Assembly (NCBI GenBank): GCA_963676395.1
Contig: OY781066.1
Location: 1,408,001-1,472,000, forward strand
From: a bacterium
GTDB lineage: Bacteria; Fidelibacterota; Fidelibacteria; Fidelibacterales; Fidelibacteraceae
Length of the DNA: 64,000 nucleotides
Reading direction: 5' to 3'
The first letter of the stretch is position 1. Each line of letters opens with the position of its first letter. Positions 27,943 to 37,367 of this stretch are shown piece by piece. A program made the position numbers and the translations under genes. The notes under the pieces were generated by a model. That model did not search any database. It saw only the letters and a program-made list of their open reading frames with translations, and was not told the origin of the DNA.

Positions 27943-30909
27943 ATGTGGCAGAAAGTTAAAACAGTCGTGGGGAAACTTGATCGAGGATCGTTGTTAGGAT
28001 CGGCCAAGATCAAATCGCTGTTTATTTTATTTGTCGTTATGTGTTTAACGACTTTTTTGTACGCGAACGAAAATATGGGCAAGCTTGGTGGTACGGTTGT
28101 CGATGCTAAAACCGGTGAAGCTCTCATCGGTGCAAATGTTATTCTTAAAGGTACCTCCTATGGAGCGGCGACCGATCTGGATGGAAACTACTATATATCC
28201 GGTGTCCCGATTGGTGTTTATAATTTGGTTGTATCATATGTTGGTTATGAATCACAAGAGATTACCAGTGTATCAGTGGTTGCCAGTAATCAAAACAAAG
28301 TGAATATCACTTTGGTATCATCGGTAATGAATTTAAATGAAGTGGTTGTCAGGGCACAGGTTAAAGGGAATTCGGATATTTATATTCTCGCAGAGCAGAA
28401 GAAATCAGATAAGATCCAGGATGGTGTATCAGCCGATCAGATGTCTCGTGCCGGTGACGGTAACGCTGCTGATGCTGTAAAACGGATCACAGGTGTTTCG
28501 GTCCAAGATGGTAAATATGTTTCAGTTCGTGGTTTAAGTGACCGTTATGTATCTACCGCTATGAACGGTGTTCCTGTTCCTTCACCTGAACCTGAAAAAA
28601 AATCAGTTCCGCTAGATCTTTTTACAACAGGCATTCTTGAAAGTATTACAGCTTATAAAACTTATACTCCCGACCTTCCCGGTGTTTTTGCAGGTGGCGC
28701 CTTAAATATTAAAACAAAAGCTTATCCCGATGAACGTATTATGAATGTGAAATTCGGTCTCAACGGAAAATCAACTTTTTTTGGTGCAAACTATATGTTG
28801 GGATCTACCGGTTCACTTGATCTCTTAGGTTTCGATGATGGAACACGTGATTTAGCCGATAATATACCGGAAGACAGAATGTTAAGCTTATTGGTTCCTC
28901 CTACAGGTGTATCATTTGATGACTGGAAAGTTCAACTTGGCGAAATGGGTAAGGGATTTAATACCGGATTTACTATTCAAAATGCTCGTATTGGGCAGCC
29001 TCTTTCATTGGGCTTGAATTACGGTAATCGCTACGTTGTTAATGAGGATCTTGAATATGGGTTTTACACCAATGTATCTTTTGGAAACAGCTATTCTTAT
29101 AAAGAAGAATTATACAGACGCTATTCTGTATCGGATGCAGGTATTGAAGCGCGCACCGACCTTGTAAATGATAAAAGCAAATATGCAACCAACTTGAGTG
29201 TTTCGGGTTCAACCGGTTTGAAATATCGTGGACAGCATAAACTAAAACTCTACGGTATCTATACTCATAATTCGGAACAATCTTTAACTTTTGGCCGAGG
29301 TGATACTCCTAATTTAGATGAAGATGGTGTGTTTATCAGAGAATACTTTGTAGAAAAAAGCATCTTGAACTTTACCCTTACCGGTGAGCATGCATTGAAC
29401 TCATATTATGAATCTCGCCTGGAATGGGCTGCCAATGTTGGATCATCATTTTTGAGTGAGCCTGATGTGAAGAGTCACAATTATCAGTATAATGAAACCA
29501 GTGATTCATATGAGATCGCTAGATCTTCGGCAAAAGCCGGTCAGCGTTATTATACCGATGGTTATGATCGCAATGCGAACATTGATGTAAACTATAAACT
29601 AAATATTGATGACTACTTTGCAGATCTGAATAAGTTTAAGGTCGGGTCCCGTCTTCAGTTTAAAGATCGAAATTTTGGTAAGCGCGATTTTTTTCATGAA
29701 TATTCCGATGGTGCATGGCCGGCAAGTATAGTTCGAGTAAATGGCGATGACTGGGGAGCGGTTTTTAATGATGAAAATTATGTGACCGATCCTGACGAAG
29801 AAGGTCTTATTCTTCAGGAAGCTACTGATATGGGCTCGCGTAATGCTTATCAGGCAACTGAAGCGATCGCAGCCGGTTATTTAATGGCTGACATCCCTTT
29901 GGGTTTTGGACGTTCTTACTTTATGAATCAGTTCCGTTTCATTGGCGGTCTTCGTTATGAATATTACTTTTTATATCTTGTGCCTCATAATCCCGTAACA
30001 CACGATTATTATTATACACCTTTGATCAATAATGGCTTGGATCCGGTTGTTGCCAATATTTCAGAGCATGAGATCCTGCCTTCATTGAACTTACAGTATT
30101 CTACATCGAATGATATGAAGCTAAGAATGTCATTTTCAAAAACAGCGGCTCGTCCCGAGTTTCGCGAAGTGGCTCCCTTTGAGTTTCAGCAGTTTTATGG
30201 TGGGTCTGCCATTGTCGGTTATCCATTTTTAAAAACAACAGATATTTATAATTACGATTTTCGCTACGAATGGCATTACGGTGCCGGTGAACTTTTTGCT
30301 ATTGGCGTGTTTTATAAAAACTTTATAAACCCTATCGAAGTTTCACAGATTGAAACGGCGGATGAATCCTACTTGACATATCAGAATGCTTTATGGGCAA
30401 ATACAGAAGGTGTCGAAGTTGACTATCGACAGTCTTTACCTTTCATAGATCCTCATAAAGGTAAATTAATGCTGATGATGAACGGTACTTTTTCATTATC
30501 ACAGGTTGAAGCCGATGATATGATCACATTATTTAATGGTGTAAAAATCGCAAATTCTTCAACAACACTTCAACGTCCTTTACAGGGACAATCGAATATT
30601 ATGGCCAACGCAACACTTTCTTACTCTGATATCAAGGGTTGGAATGCGGCATTGGTTTACAATACATTCAGCAAACGCTTGTCTGCACTTGGTTCGGGAT
30701 CTATACCTAACGAATACGAGCTTCCCTTCCATTCATTAAATTTCACGGTAAGTAAAAAAGTGAATAGTATGAAAATATCAGCTAAGGTCAACAACCTGTT
30801 GAATTCACCTGTCCGTTTTGGTATCTATGACGAAGACGGCACTTTCTATGCCTCAAGGGAATACACCCCCGGAATGGGCTACTCGGTTAGTATACAGTAT
30901 GTATTTTAA
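27943..30909 (+). CDS. TonB-dependent receptor with an N-terminal carboxypeptidase-regulatory-like domain
   Basis: TGEALIGANV, SYVGY, plug motif VRGLSDRY...NG, barrel strands, NNLLN, terminal YxF. Confidence 0.93.
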   Translation: MWQKVKTVVGKLDRGSLLGSAKIKSLFILFVVMCLTTFLYANENMGKLGGTVVDAKTGEALIGANVILKGTSYGAATDLDGNYYISGVPIGVYNLVVSYVGYESQEITSVSVVASNQNKVNITLVSSVMNLNEVVVRAQVKGNSDIYILAEQKKSDKIQDGVSADQMSRAGDGNAADAVKRITGVSVQDGKYVSVRGLSDRYVSTAMNGVPVPSPEPEKKSVPLDLFTTGILESITAYKTYTPDLPGVFAGGALNIKTKAYPDERIMNVKFGLNGKSTFFGANYMLGSTGSLDLLGFDDGTRDLADNIPEDRMLSLLVPPTGVSFDDWKVQLGEMGKGFNTGFTIQNARIGQPLSLGLNYGNRYVVNEDLEYGFYTNVSFGNSYSYKEELYRRYSVSDAGIEARTDLVNDKSKYATNLSVSGSTGLKYRGQHKLKLYGIYTHNSEQSLTFGRGDTPNLDEDGVFIREYFVEKSILNFTLTGEHALNSYYESRLEWAANVGSSFLSEPDVKSHNYQYNETSDSYEIARSSAKAGQRYYTDGYDRNANIDVNYKLNIDDYFADLNKFKVGSRLQFKDRNFGKRDFFHEYSDGAWPASIVRVNGDDWGAVFNDENYVTDPDEEGLILQEATDMGSRNAYQATEAIAAGYLMADIPLGFGRSYFMNQFRFIGGLRYEYYFLYLVPHNPVTHDYYYTPLINNGLDPVVANISEHEILPSLNLQYSTSNDMKLRMSFSKTAARPEFREVAPFEFQQFYGGSAIVGYPFLKTTDIYNYDFRYEWHYGAGELFAIGVFYKNFINPIEVSQIETADESYLTYQNALWANTEGVEVDYRQSLPFIDPHKGKLMLMMNGTFSLSQVEADDMITLFNGVKIANSSTTLQRPLQGQSNIMANATLSYSDIKGWNAALVYNTFSKRLSALGSGSIPNEYELPFHSLNFTVSKKVNSMKISAKVNNLLNSPVRFGIYDEDGTFYASREYTPGMGYSVSIQYVF

Positions 30910-30940
30910 TAAACTTAACTCAAAGCTTAAGGAGAGCGAA

Positions 30941-32272
30941 ATGAAAAAAACATACGCTGTAGTTCTAGTTGCATTGGCGGCACTACTTACATTAACAGGA
31001 TGTTTCAATCCTGTCGGCCCGATTGATCCCATTGTTGTTCCGGGTTATTCAATGGCCCTTTCGGGCAACATCACTGAAGATCTTCATATTACTATGGAAG
31101 ATACAGTGATTCTTGCCGGCCAAACGTTTGTTGATTCAGGCGTTACATTAACTATCGATGCCGGTGTTACAATTGACGCCCTTCCCGATGACGGTAAAGG
31201 TCTTGCACCTTGTCTGGTTATCAAAAAAGGTGCTACCATCATTGCTGATGGTACAGCAACGGCTCCTATCACTTTTACTTCATATCTTCCTGAAGACATG
31301 AAAGATCGCGGTTCATGGGGCGGTTTGATTATTCTTGGTAAAGCTCCTATCAACAAAGACGGTGGTTCTGCTTTCGTTGAAGGTATTGTTGGCGTTCCCT
31401 ACGGTGGAACAGATGCTGATGATAACTCAGGTATTCTTCGTTACGTTCGCGTTTGGTATGGTGGTCGTTCAATCGGTCAGGATAATGAGATCAATGGTAT
31501 TACATTGGCCGGTGTTGGTCGTGGTACTACAGTTGACCACTGTGAAGTTGCTTTCAACCTTGATGATGGTTTTGAAATGTTCGGTGGTACGGTAGATCTT
31601 AAATACTGTTCAGTCCTTTTTGTTGGTGATGATGCTTTTGATACGGATCTTGGCTACCAGGGTCGCGGTCAGTATCTTTTCGCTTTGATCGGTGAAGATG
31701 ATGGTAATCGTGGATTTGAAATGGATAACGATGGTTCATCAATGGATAAACAACCTCGTTCACTTCCTAAATTTTCAAACGTAACGCTGATTGGTTCAGG
31801 CGACACTTCAGCTGTTGCTAAAAATGATCAGGTTATCCGTCTTCGTGAAGGAAGCGGCGGTGATTTTCGCAACTTGATAATTGTAGACGGCAAAGAATAT
31901 GGCGTACGCGTAACGGACGATCCTACAAAGAATATCGTTGTTACTGCTGCTCCTGCTACAGGTACGGAAAACTACTTGTACTTCTCAGAGAACAACATCG
32001 TTTATAATTGTAAAACAGCCCAGTTCAAAGAAGACTACGGTTGGACAGCTCTTGACTTAGATGCCGGTGTTTATGCTGACGGTCGTGAAGATGCTGATTC
32101 GGCTTCAGTTAATGTTATTCCCACACCTTCAGGTGCTGCATTTCAGAATGTTGATGCAGTGATCGCTGATGACTTCTTTGAAGCGGCTACTTTTAAAGGT
32201 GCTTTTGGTTCAGTCAACTGGTTGGATGGTTGGTCATGGTTATCCGAAAACGATCGTTTGGTCGCTGAATAA
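30941..32272 (+). CDS. Surface lipoprotein with a predicted beta-helix (pectin lyase-like) fold
   Basis: AAGGAG RBS before ATG 30941, lipobox LTGC, WGGLIILG, DDNSG.LRYVR, EINGIT, DDGFEMFGG. Confidence 0.8.
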   Translation: MKKTYAVVLVALAALLTLTGCFNPVGPIDPIVVPGYSMALSGNITEDLHITMEDTVILAGQTFVDSGVTLTIDAGVTIDALPDDGKGLAPCLVIKKGATIIADGTATAPITFTSYLPEDMKDRGSWGGLIILGKAPINKDGGSAFVEGIVGVPYGGTDADDNSGILRYVRVWYGGRSIGQDNEINGITLAGVGRGTTVDHCEVAFNLDDGFEMFGGTVDLKYCSVLFVGDDAFDTDLGYQGRGQYLFALIGEDDGNRGFEMDNDGSSMDKQPRSLPKFSNVTLIGSGDTSAVAKNDQVIRLREGSGGDFRNLIIVDGKEYGVRVTDDPTKNIVVTAAPATGTENYLYFSENNIVYNCKTAQFKEDYGWTALDLDAGVYADGREDADSASVNVIPTPSGAAFQNVDAVIADDFFEAATFKGAFGSVNWLDGWSWLSENDRLVAE

Positions 32273-32302
32273 ATAATTAGACTGTCATAACAGTTTTTCT
32301 TG

Positions 32303-32334
32303 AAGAAGCGTTATTCCCACGGCGCTTCTTTTTT
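32303..32334 (+). terminator. Intrinsic terminator
   Basis: AAGAAGCGTT-attcccac-GGCGCTTCTT followed by a T run. Confidence 0.75.
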
Positions 32335-32405
32335 ATTCTATCAAAAAAACAGCTTTGTCAAATATAATCTAGATAGTATATTCTTTTTTATATTTGGGAA
32401 AAATA

Positions 32406-34685
32406 ATGTCAGTATATTTATTAATGGTCATAGTTCTTTTCTTTCTTGCGATTTCCGGATTGATCGTGGGTGTAACTAATGATGCAGTGAATTTCTTAAA
32501 TTCTGCTCGAGGGGCAAAAGCTGCAAAAAATTGGATTATTATGATCATTGCCAGTCTTGGCATATTGATCGGAACCACTTTTTCAAGCGGTATGATGGAG
32601 GTGGCAAGAAAGGGTATTTTTCACCCCGAAGAATTTTGCTTTTCTGAAGTAATGATCATATATCTTGCTGTAATGTTAACGAATGTTATTTTGCTGGATG
32701 TATACAATACTCTGGCATTACCTACATCAACAACCGTATCTGTGGTATTTTCTTTGTTGGGTGCGGCTTTGGCGGTTTCTTTGGTAAAGATCGGTCGTTC
32801 TGCCGATACAGGCTTGTCTCATCTTACTCATTATATTAATTCCGATAAAGCGTTATTGATCATGGCGGGCATCCTGCTCTCGGTGGTAATTGCGTTTACT
32901 GTGGGGACCATTGTACAATTTCTTACTCGCTTGTTGTTTACATTTAAATATGAAAAAGGCTTAGCACGATACGGGGCCATTTGGGGTGGTTTTTGTATAG
33001 CGATCATTACATATTTTATTTTGGTCAAAGGAGCTAAGGGCTCTTCATTTATGACCGCAGACGTTAAGCAGTGGATCACAGATAATACGTTGTTGATTTT
33101 AGGACTTTCGTTTATTGGTTGGACAATTATTATTCAACTGTTTAAGTGGCTGTTTAAAGTAAATATTCCAAGAATGATTATTTTGATCGGTACCTTTTCT
33201 TTGGCATTTGCATTTGCCGGTAATGATTTGGTTAATTTTATTGGTGTGCCTCTCGCCGGTTATAAAGCATTTCAAGCATTTTCTGCAGTTCCCGGGGCTG
33301 ACCCACACACCTTTTCAATGGGATTTATGTCCGGAGCCGTCAAAACAGAAACTTATCTGTTATTGATCGCAGGTGCTATTATGATCACGACGTTATGGGT
33401 TTCAAAAAAATCCCGCCATGTTAGTCAAACAGAGTTAAGTATTGCCAGACAAGGAATAGGTGAAGAACGTTTTGCTTCAACAGGAATCTCCCGGATTGTC
33501 GTACACTCTTTAGTTGTGATTAATGAATCTTTTAGGAAAATAACCCCCAATCGAATTCGAGAATTTGTTGGAAAACGATTTACCAGGCCCGAAGAGGTAT
33601 CCGGAAGCGAAGCTCAATCTTTTGATATGATCCGCGCGTCAATGAATCTTACTGTGGCCAGTTGTTTGATCGCACTCGGGACTTCTTTGGAACTGCCATT
33701 ATCTACAACCTATGTAACATTTATGGTTTCAATGGGTACGTCTTTGGCAGATAAGGCCTGGGGAAGAGAAAGTGCTGTATATCGTATGTCAGGCGTGTTT
33801 ACTGTTGTTGGCGGTTGGTTTTTAACGGCAATTATTGCTTTAATTGTTTCAATGCTTTTTGCATTACTTGTTAACTGGGGTGGTATTGTAGCTGCCATAT
33901 TGTTATTTGCTTTTGCTGTTTTTGTTTTGGTTAGAACTTTTTTGAGCCACAGAAAAAGTGAAAAAGAAAAAGAAGAAAAGATTCAAGAAGATGATGACAA
34001 TGATATCTTTAAAAAATGCAATGCACATACGGTTAAAATATTAAAGATCATTCCCGACATTCTTGAAAAGAGTATAAAATCCTGTTATAAAGAAGATCGC
34101 AAACATATTAAGGAATTACACGAAAAGACAAAAGAATTATTATTAGATACAAAAAACAGAAAGAATTGTTTTACCCTTCAATTGCGTAATATAGAAGATG
34201 AATCTCTGGAATTTGGACACTTTTATCTTCAAATGTTACATTACATCCGTGAGTTTTCACACAGTTTGAATTATATTGTAGATGCCAGTTACGAGCATAT
34301 TTACAACAATCATCGTGGGCTTAATAAAGAACAATATGAAGAGTTAGAGGTCCTGTGTGACAGTTTGGAAGATATTTTCAAAGATATTAGAAAAGCGGTT
34401 GAGCAACAAGATTTTGATAAAAAGACAAAGATCAAGCATCGCCAGGAGAAACTGCTGGACAAGATTAGTGATTTTCAAAGTAATCAGGTTAAGCGCATTA
34501 AACATGGAAAAACCAATACCCGTAATTCTATTTTATATATGACAGTTATCTTTGGCATTAGAGATCTATTGATCCATGTTGTGCGTCTATTGAAAGTTCA
34601 AAGTAAGTTTGTTCCGTCTCATACTTTACAAGATAAATACGATGATAAATCGATTGATGCTCAAATCAATCTTAACTTAGAATAA
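32406..34685 (+). CDS. PiT (PHO4) family inorganic phosphate transporter with a C-terminal PhoU-like helical domain
   Basis: GVTNDAVN, LPTSTT, AGNDLVN, LPLSTTY signature repeats and a soluble helical tail. Confidence 0.88.
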   Translation: MSVYLLMVIVLFFLAISGLIVGVTNDAVNFLNSARGAKAAKNWIIMIIASLGILIGTTFSSGMMEVARKGIFHPEEFCFSEVMIIYLAVMLTNVILLDVYNTLALPTSTTVSVVFSLLGAALAVSLVKIGRSADTGLSHLTHYINSDKALLIMAGILLSVVIAFTVGTIVQFLTRLLFTFKYEKGLARYGAIWGGFCIAIITYFILVKGAKGSSFMTADVKQWITDNTLLILGLSFIGWTIIIQLFKWLFKVNIPRMIILIGTFSLAFAFAGNDLVNFIGVPLAGYKAFQAFSAVPGADPHTFSMGFMSGAVKTETYLLLIAGAIMITTLWVSKKSRHVSQTELSIARQGIGEERFASTGISRIVVHSLVVINESFRKITPNRIREFVGKRFTRPEEVSGSEAQSFDMIRASMNLTVASCLIALGTSLELPLSTTYVTFMVSMGTSLADKAWGRESAVYRMSGVFTVVGGWFLTAIIALIVSMLFALLVNWGGIVAAILLFAFAVFVLVRTFLSHRKSEKEKEEKIQEDDDNDIFKKCNAHTVKILKIIPDILEKSIKSCYKEDRKHIKELHEKTKELLLDTKNRKNCFTLQLRNIEDESLEFGHFYLQMLHYIREFSHSLNYIVDASYEHIYNNHRGLNKEQYEELEVLCDSLEDIFKDIRKAVEQQDFDKKTKIKHRQEKLLDKISDFQSNQVKRIKHGKTNTRNSILYMTVIFGIRDLLIHVVRLLKVQSKFVPSHTLQDKYDDKSIDAQINLNLE

Positions 34686-34793
34686 TATTTCGCTTAAATT
34701 TAATTTAATTAACAGGTTAGCTTAAAGAAATATTTAAATAAAATTATTTGATATTTTTTATTGTTATCAACAATTTCCTTATTATATTCATTT

Positions 34794-34986
34794 AGTTTAA
34801 TCATGGTTTTTACTATAAAAAGTAAAAGAAAATTTACCTAAATCACATTTGAAAGTACCATGGATCGAAGCTTAGAAAACATACAACAGAGTTGGGAGAA
34901 ACAGAGCTCATCAACCACATCGTTATTGATGTTAAACTGTTGTAATTATTATTTGCCGTTACATGTTAACGGCATTTTTATTTGTG
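34794..34986 (+). promoter_or_regulatory. Candidate cis-regulatory leader/attenuator, copy C
   Basis: CATCGTTATTGAT followed by TGCCGTTA-catgt-TAACGGCA-T5 (34954-34979); matches copy A. Confidence 0.55.
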
Positions 34987-35054
34987 AAAGAAATACTGCT
35001 GTGTAGCTGAGACGAGCTTTATTATATTCAATAACATATAGGAGTGTACAAATA

Positions 35055-37280
35055 ATGTCAATCTATCTCGTTATGGTGATCGTGTTGTTCTTTCTTGCCG
35101 CAACTGATCTAATTGTGGGTGTTACGAATGATGCTGTAAATTTCTTGAATTCCGCACGTGGAGCAAGGGCGGCGAAGAATTGGGTGATTATGTTGATTGC
35201 CTCAATCGGTGTATTTATTGGTGCGACCTTCTCTTCCGGAATGATGGAAGTTGCAAGAAAGGGAATTTTTCATCCTCAGGAATTCATGTTTTCGGAGATC
35301 ATGATTATTTATTTAGCGGTAATGTTAACGGATGTTATTCTTTTAGACGCATATAATTCACTGGCTTTACCAACGTCAACCACAGTTTCAATCGTTTTTG
35401 AATTGTTGGGTTCCGCTGTGGCCATTTCCTTACTGAAGATTGGTCGCAATCCAATGGAAACACTTTCTGATTTACCAAAATACATTAACTCGGATAGAGC
35501 TTTATTGATCATATCGGGTATTTTGCTCTCGGTAATTATTGCATTTTCGGTTGGTGCTATTGTTCAATTTTTAACAAGATTGCTATTTACATTTAAATAT
35601 CAAAAGAATCTTGATCGCTTTGGCGCTATTTGGGGTGGATTGTGTATTGCGATCATTACTTTTTTTATTTTGATCAAAGGTGCTAATGGTTCATCATTTA
35701 TGACAGCCGATCTTAAGGCATGGATCAGTGCAAATACATGGTTGATCTTAGGCGCCTCATTTATAGGTTGGACGATCATTATTCAGTTGGCAAAATGGTT
35801 ATTTAAAGTAAATGTACCAAGAATGGTAATTCTTTTCGGTACCTTTGCTTTAGCTTTTGCTTTTGCCGGAAACGATTTGGTGAACTTTATTGGTGTTCCT
35901 TTAGCCGGGTTTAAATCTTTTCAGCTGTTCCAAGCTTCCGGTGCTAGTGATCCTTCGACTTTCTCTATGGTAGCGTTATCGGGAAAAGTCCAGACCGAAA
36001 CATATATGCTGTTGATCGCCGGAGCCATTATGGTTATTACCTTATGGACGTCCAAAAAATCCCGCCACGTTTCTAAAACAGAATTGAATATTGCCAGTAA
36101 AGATGCTACGGATGAACGTTTTGGTTCTACCGGTTTTTCTCGTTCAGTTGTTAGGATGGCTGTAAGTTTTAATCAAGGTATGCGCAAGATTTTTCCCTCA
36201 GCAATGCGCAATAAAGTTAACGAACGTTTTTCTCGTCCGGTTATGAATTCCGAAGCTGAAGCCCAATCTTTTGATATGATACGTGCTTCAATGAATCTAA
36301 CCGTTGCATCGTCTTTGATCGCACTTGGCACCTCATTGGGATTGCCCTTGTCAACTACTTATGTGACTTTCATGGTTTCAATGGGCACCAGTTTGGCCGA
36401 TAGAGCCTGGGGTCGTGAATCTGCGGTTTACCGTATTACCGGTGTGTTTACCGTGATCGGTGGTTGGTTCTTGACGGCGATCATTGCTTTTACTGTTTCT
36501 TTGATCTTTGCTACGCTTCTTGATCTAGGCGGTATTTTCTCGGTGTTGGGTTTGTCGGTATTGGCGATTTTCTTGATCGTGCGCACACTTCTGACTTTTA
36601 GAAAAAAAGAAGTTGCACGCGAAGAAGCACAGAATGAAGAAGAAGGTAATGACATTATGGAGATCTGTAATGCTTACACCAAGAAAATCCTAACGACTAT
36701 TCCTCAGATTTATAGTGATATGATCGAGGCGCTTCATAAAGAAGATCGCAAGACATTGCGTGAGTTAAGAAAGCAAACGGCAGAGCTCTTGGAAAAAACC
36801 AAGAATCGCAAAAATCATTTTACGGTTCGTTTGCGTGATATTGAAGAAGATTCATTGCAGTATGGACATTTTTATTTACAGATGCTTCACTATATACGTG
36901 AATTCGCTCGTTCAATTGATGATATGGTTTCAGCTTGTTCGGTACATATTGAGAATACACACTGCGGTACGAACAATGCTCAGCAAGCTGAATTGATAAA
37001 GCTTTCAGAAGAAATTGAAACAATATATTCAGCGATATCTCGTATGGTAGAGGAACAGAATTTTAATGAAAAAGAGAACATTAAAGCTGAACATGAAGAG
37101 CTTCTGGATATTATTGTTGAATATCAGAAAAATGAAGTTCGACGTGTGAAAAATGAGCAATCACAGACAAGGAACTCGGTTCTTTTTATGTCGGTATTGT
37201 CCGGATCTAAAGATTTAACTGTTGATGTGATCCGTCTTTTGAAAGTTCAAAGTAAATTTACACCGGACCTATCGGACTAG
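35055..37280 (+). CDS. PiT (PHO4) family phosphate transporter with PhoU-like tail, second paralog
   Basis: Colinear paralog of 32406..34685 with the same signature motifs. Confidence 0.88.
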   Translation: MSIYLVMVIVLFFLAATDLIVGVTNDAVNFLNSARGARAAKNWVIMLIASIGVFIGATFSSGMMEVARKGIFHPQEFMFSEIMIIYLAVMLTDVILLDAYNSLALPTSTTVSIVFELLGSAVAISLLKIGRNPMETLSDLPKYINSDRALLIISGILLSVIIAFSVGAIVQFLTRLLFTFKYQKNLDRFGAIWGGLCIAIITFFILIKGANGSSFMTADLKAWISANTWLILGASFIGWTIIIQLAKWLFKVNVPRMVILFGTFALAFAFAGNDLVNFIGVPLAGFKSFQLFQASGASDPSTFSMVALSGKVQTETYMLLIAGAIMVITLWTSKKSRHVSKTELNIASKDATDERFGSTGFSRSVVRMAVSFNQGMRKIFPSAMRNKVNERFSRPVMNSEAEAQSFDMIRASMNLTVASSLIALGTSLGLPLSTTYVTFMVSMGTSLADRAWGRESAVYRITGVFTVIGGWFLTAIIAFTVSLIFATLLDLGGIFSVLGLSVLAIFLIVRTLLTFRKKEVAREEAQNEEEGNDIMEICNAYTKKILTTIPQIYSDMIEALHKEDRKTLRELRKQTAELLEKTKNRKNHFTVRLRDIEEDSLQYGHFYLQMLHYIREFARSIDDMVSACSVHIENTHCGTNNAQQAELIKLSEEIETIYSAISRMVEEQNFNEKENIKAEHEELLDIIVEYQKNEVRRVKNEQSQTRNSVLFMSVLSGSKDLTVDVIRLLKVQSKFTPDLSD

Positions 37281-37295
37281 GGTTTTCGATTATTC

Positions 37296-37324
37296 TTGTG
37301 TGCAATGGCAGTTATGCTTATAAT
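37296..37324 (+). promoter_or_regulatory. Putative sigma70 promoter of hppA
   Basis: TTGTGT-17 bp-TATAAT, followed by an AGGAGG RBS. Confidence 0.55.
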
Positions 37325-37367
37325 TCGCCTTAAATGAATTGACATGTGAAACAAAATAGGAGGAAGC

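Noticed and set aside
30818..30940. ORF-track N-terminal extension of the lipoprotein
   Set aside because: It overlaps the receptor; RBS and signal peptide point to ATG 30941. Similar start corrections were made at 463, 9948, 17131, 24844, 32406, 40901, 46991, 50023, 52947 and 56196.
37281..37367. Na+ riboswitch upstream of hppA
   Set aside because: The region is short and explained by promoter and RBS.
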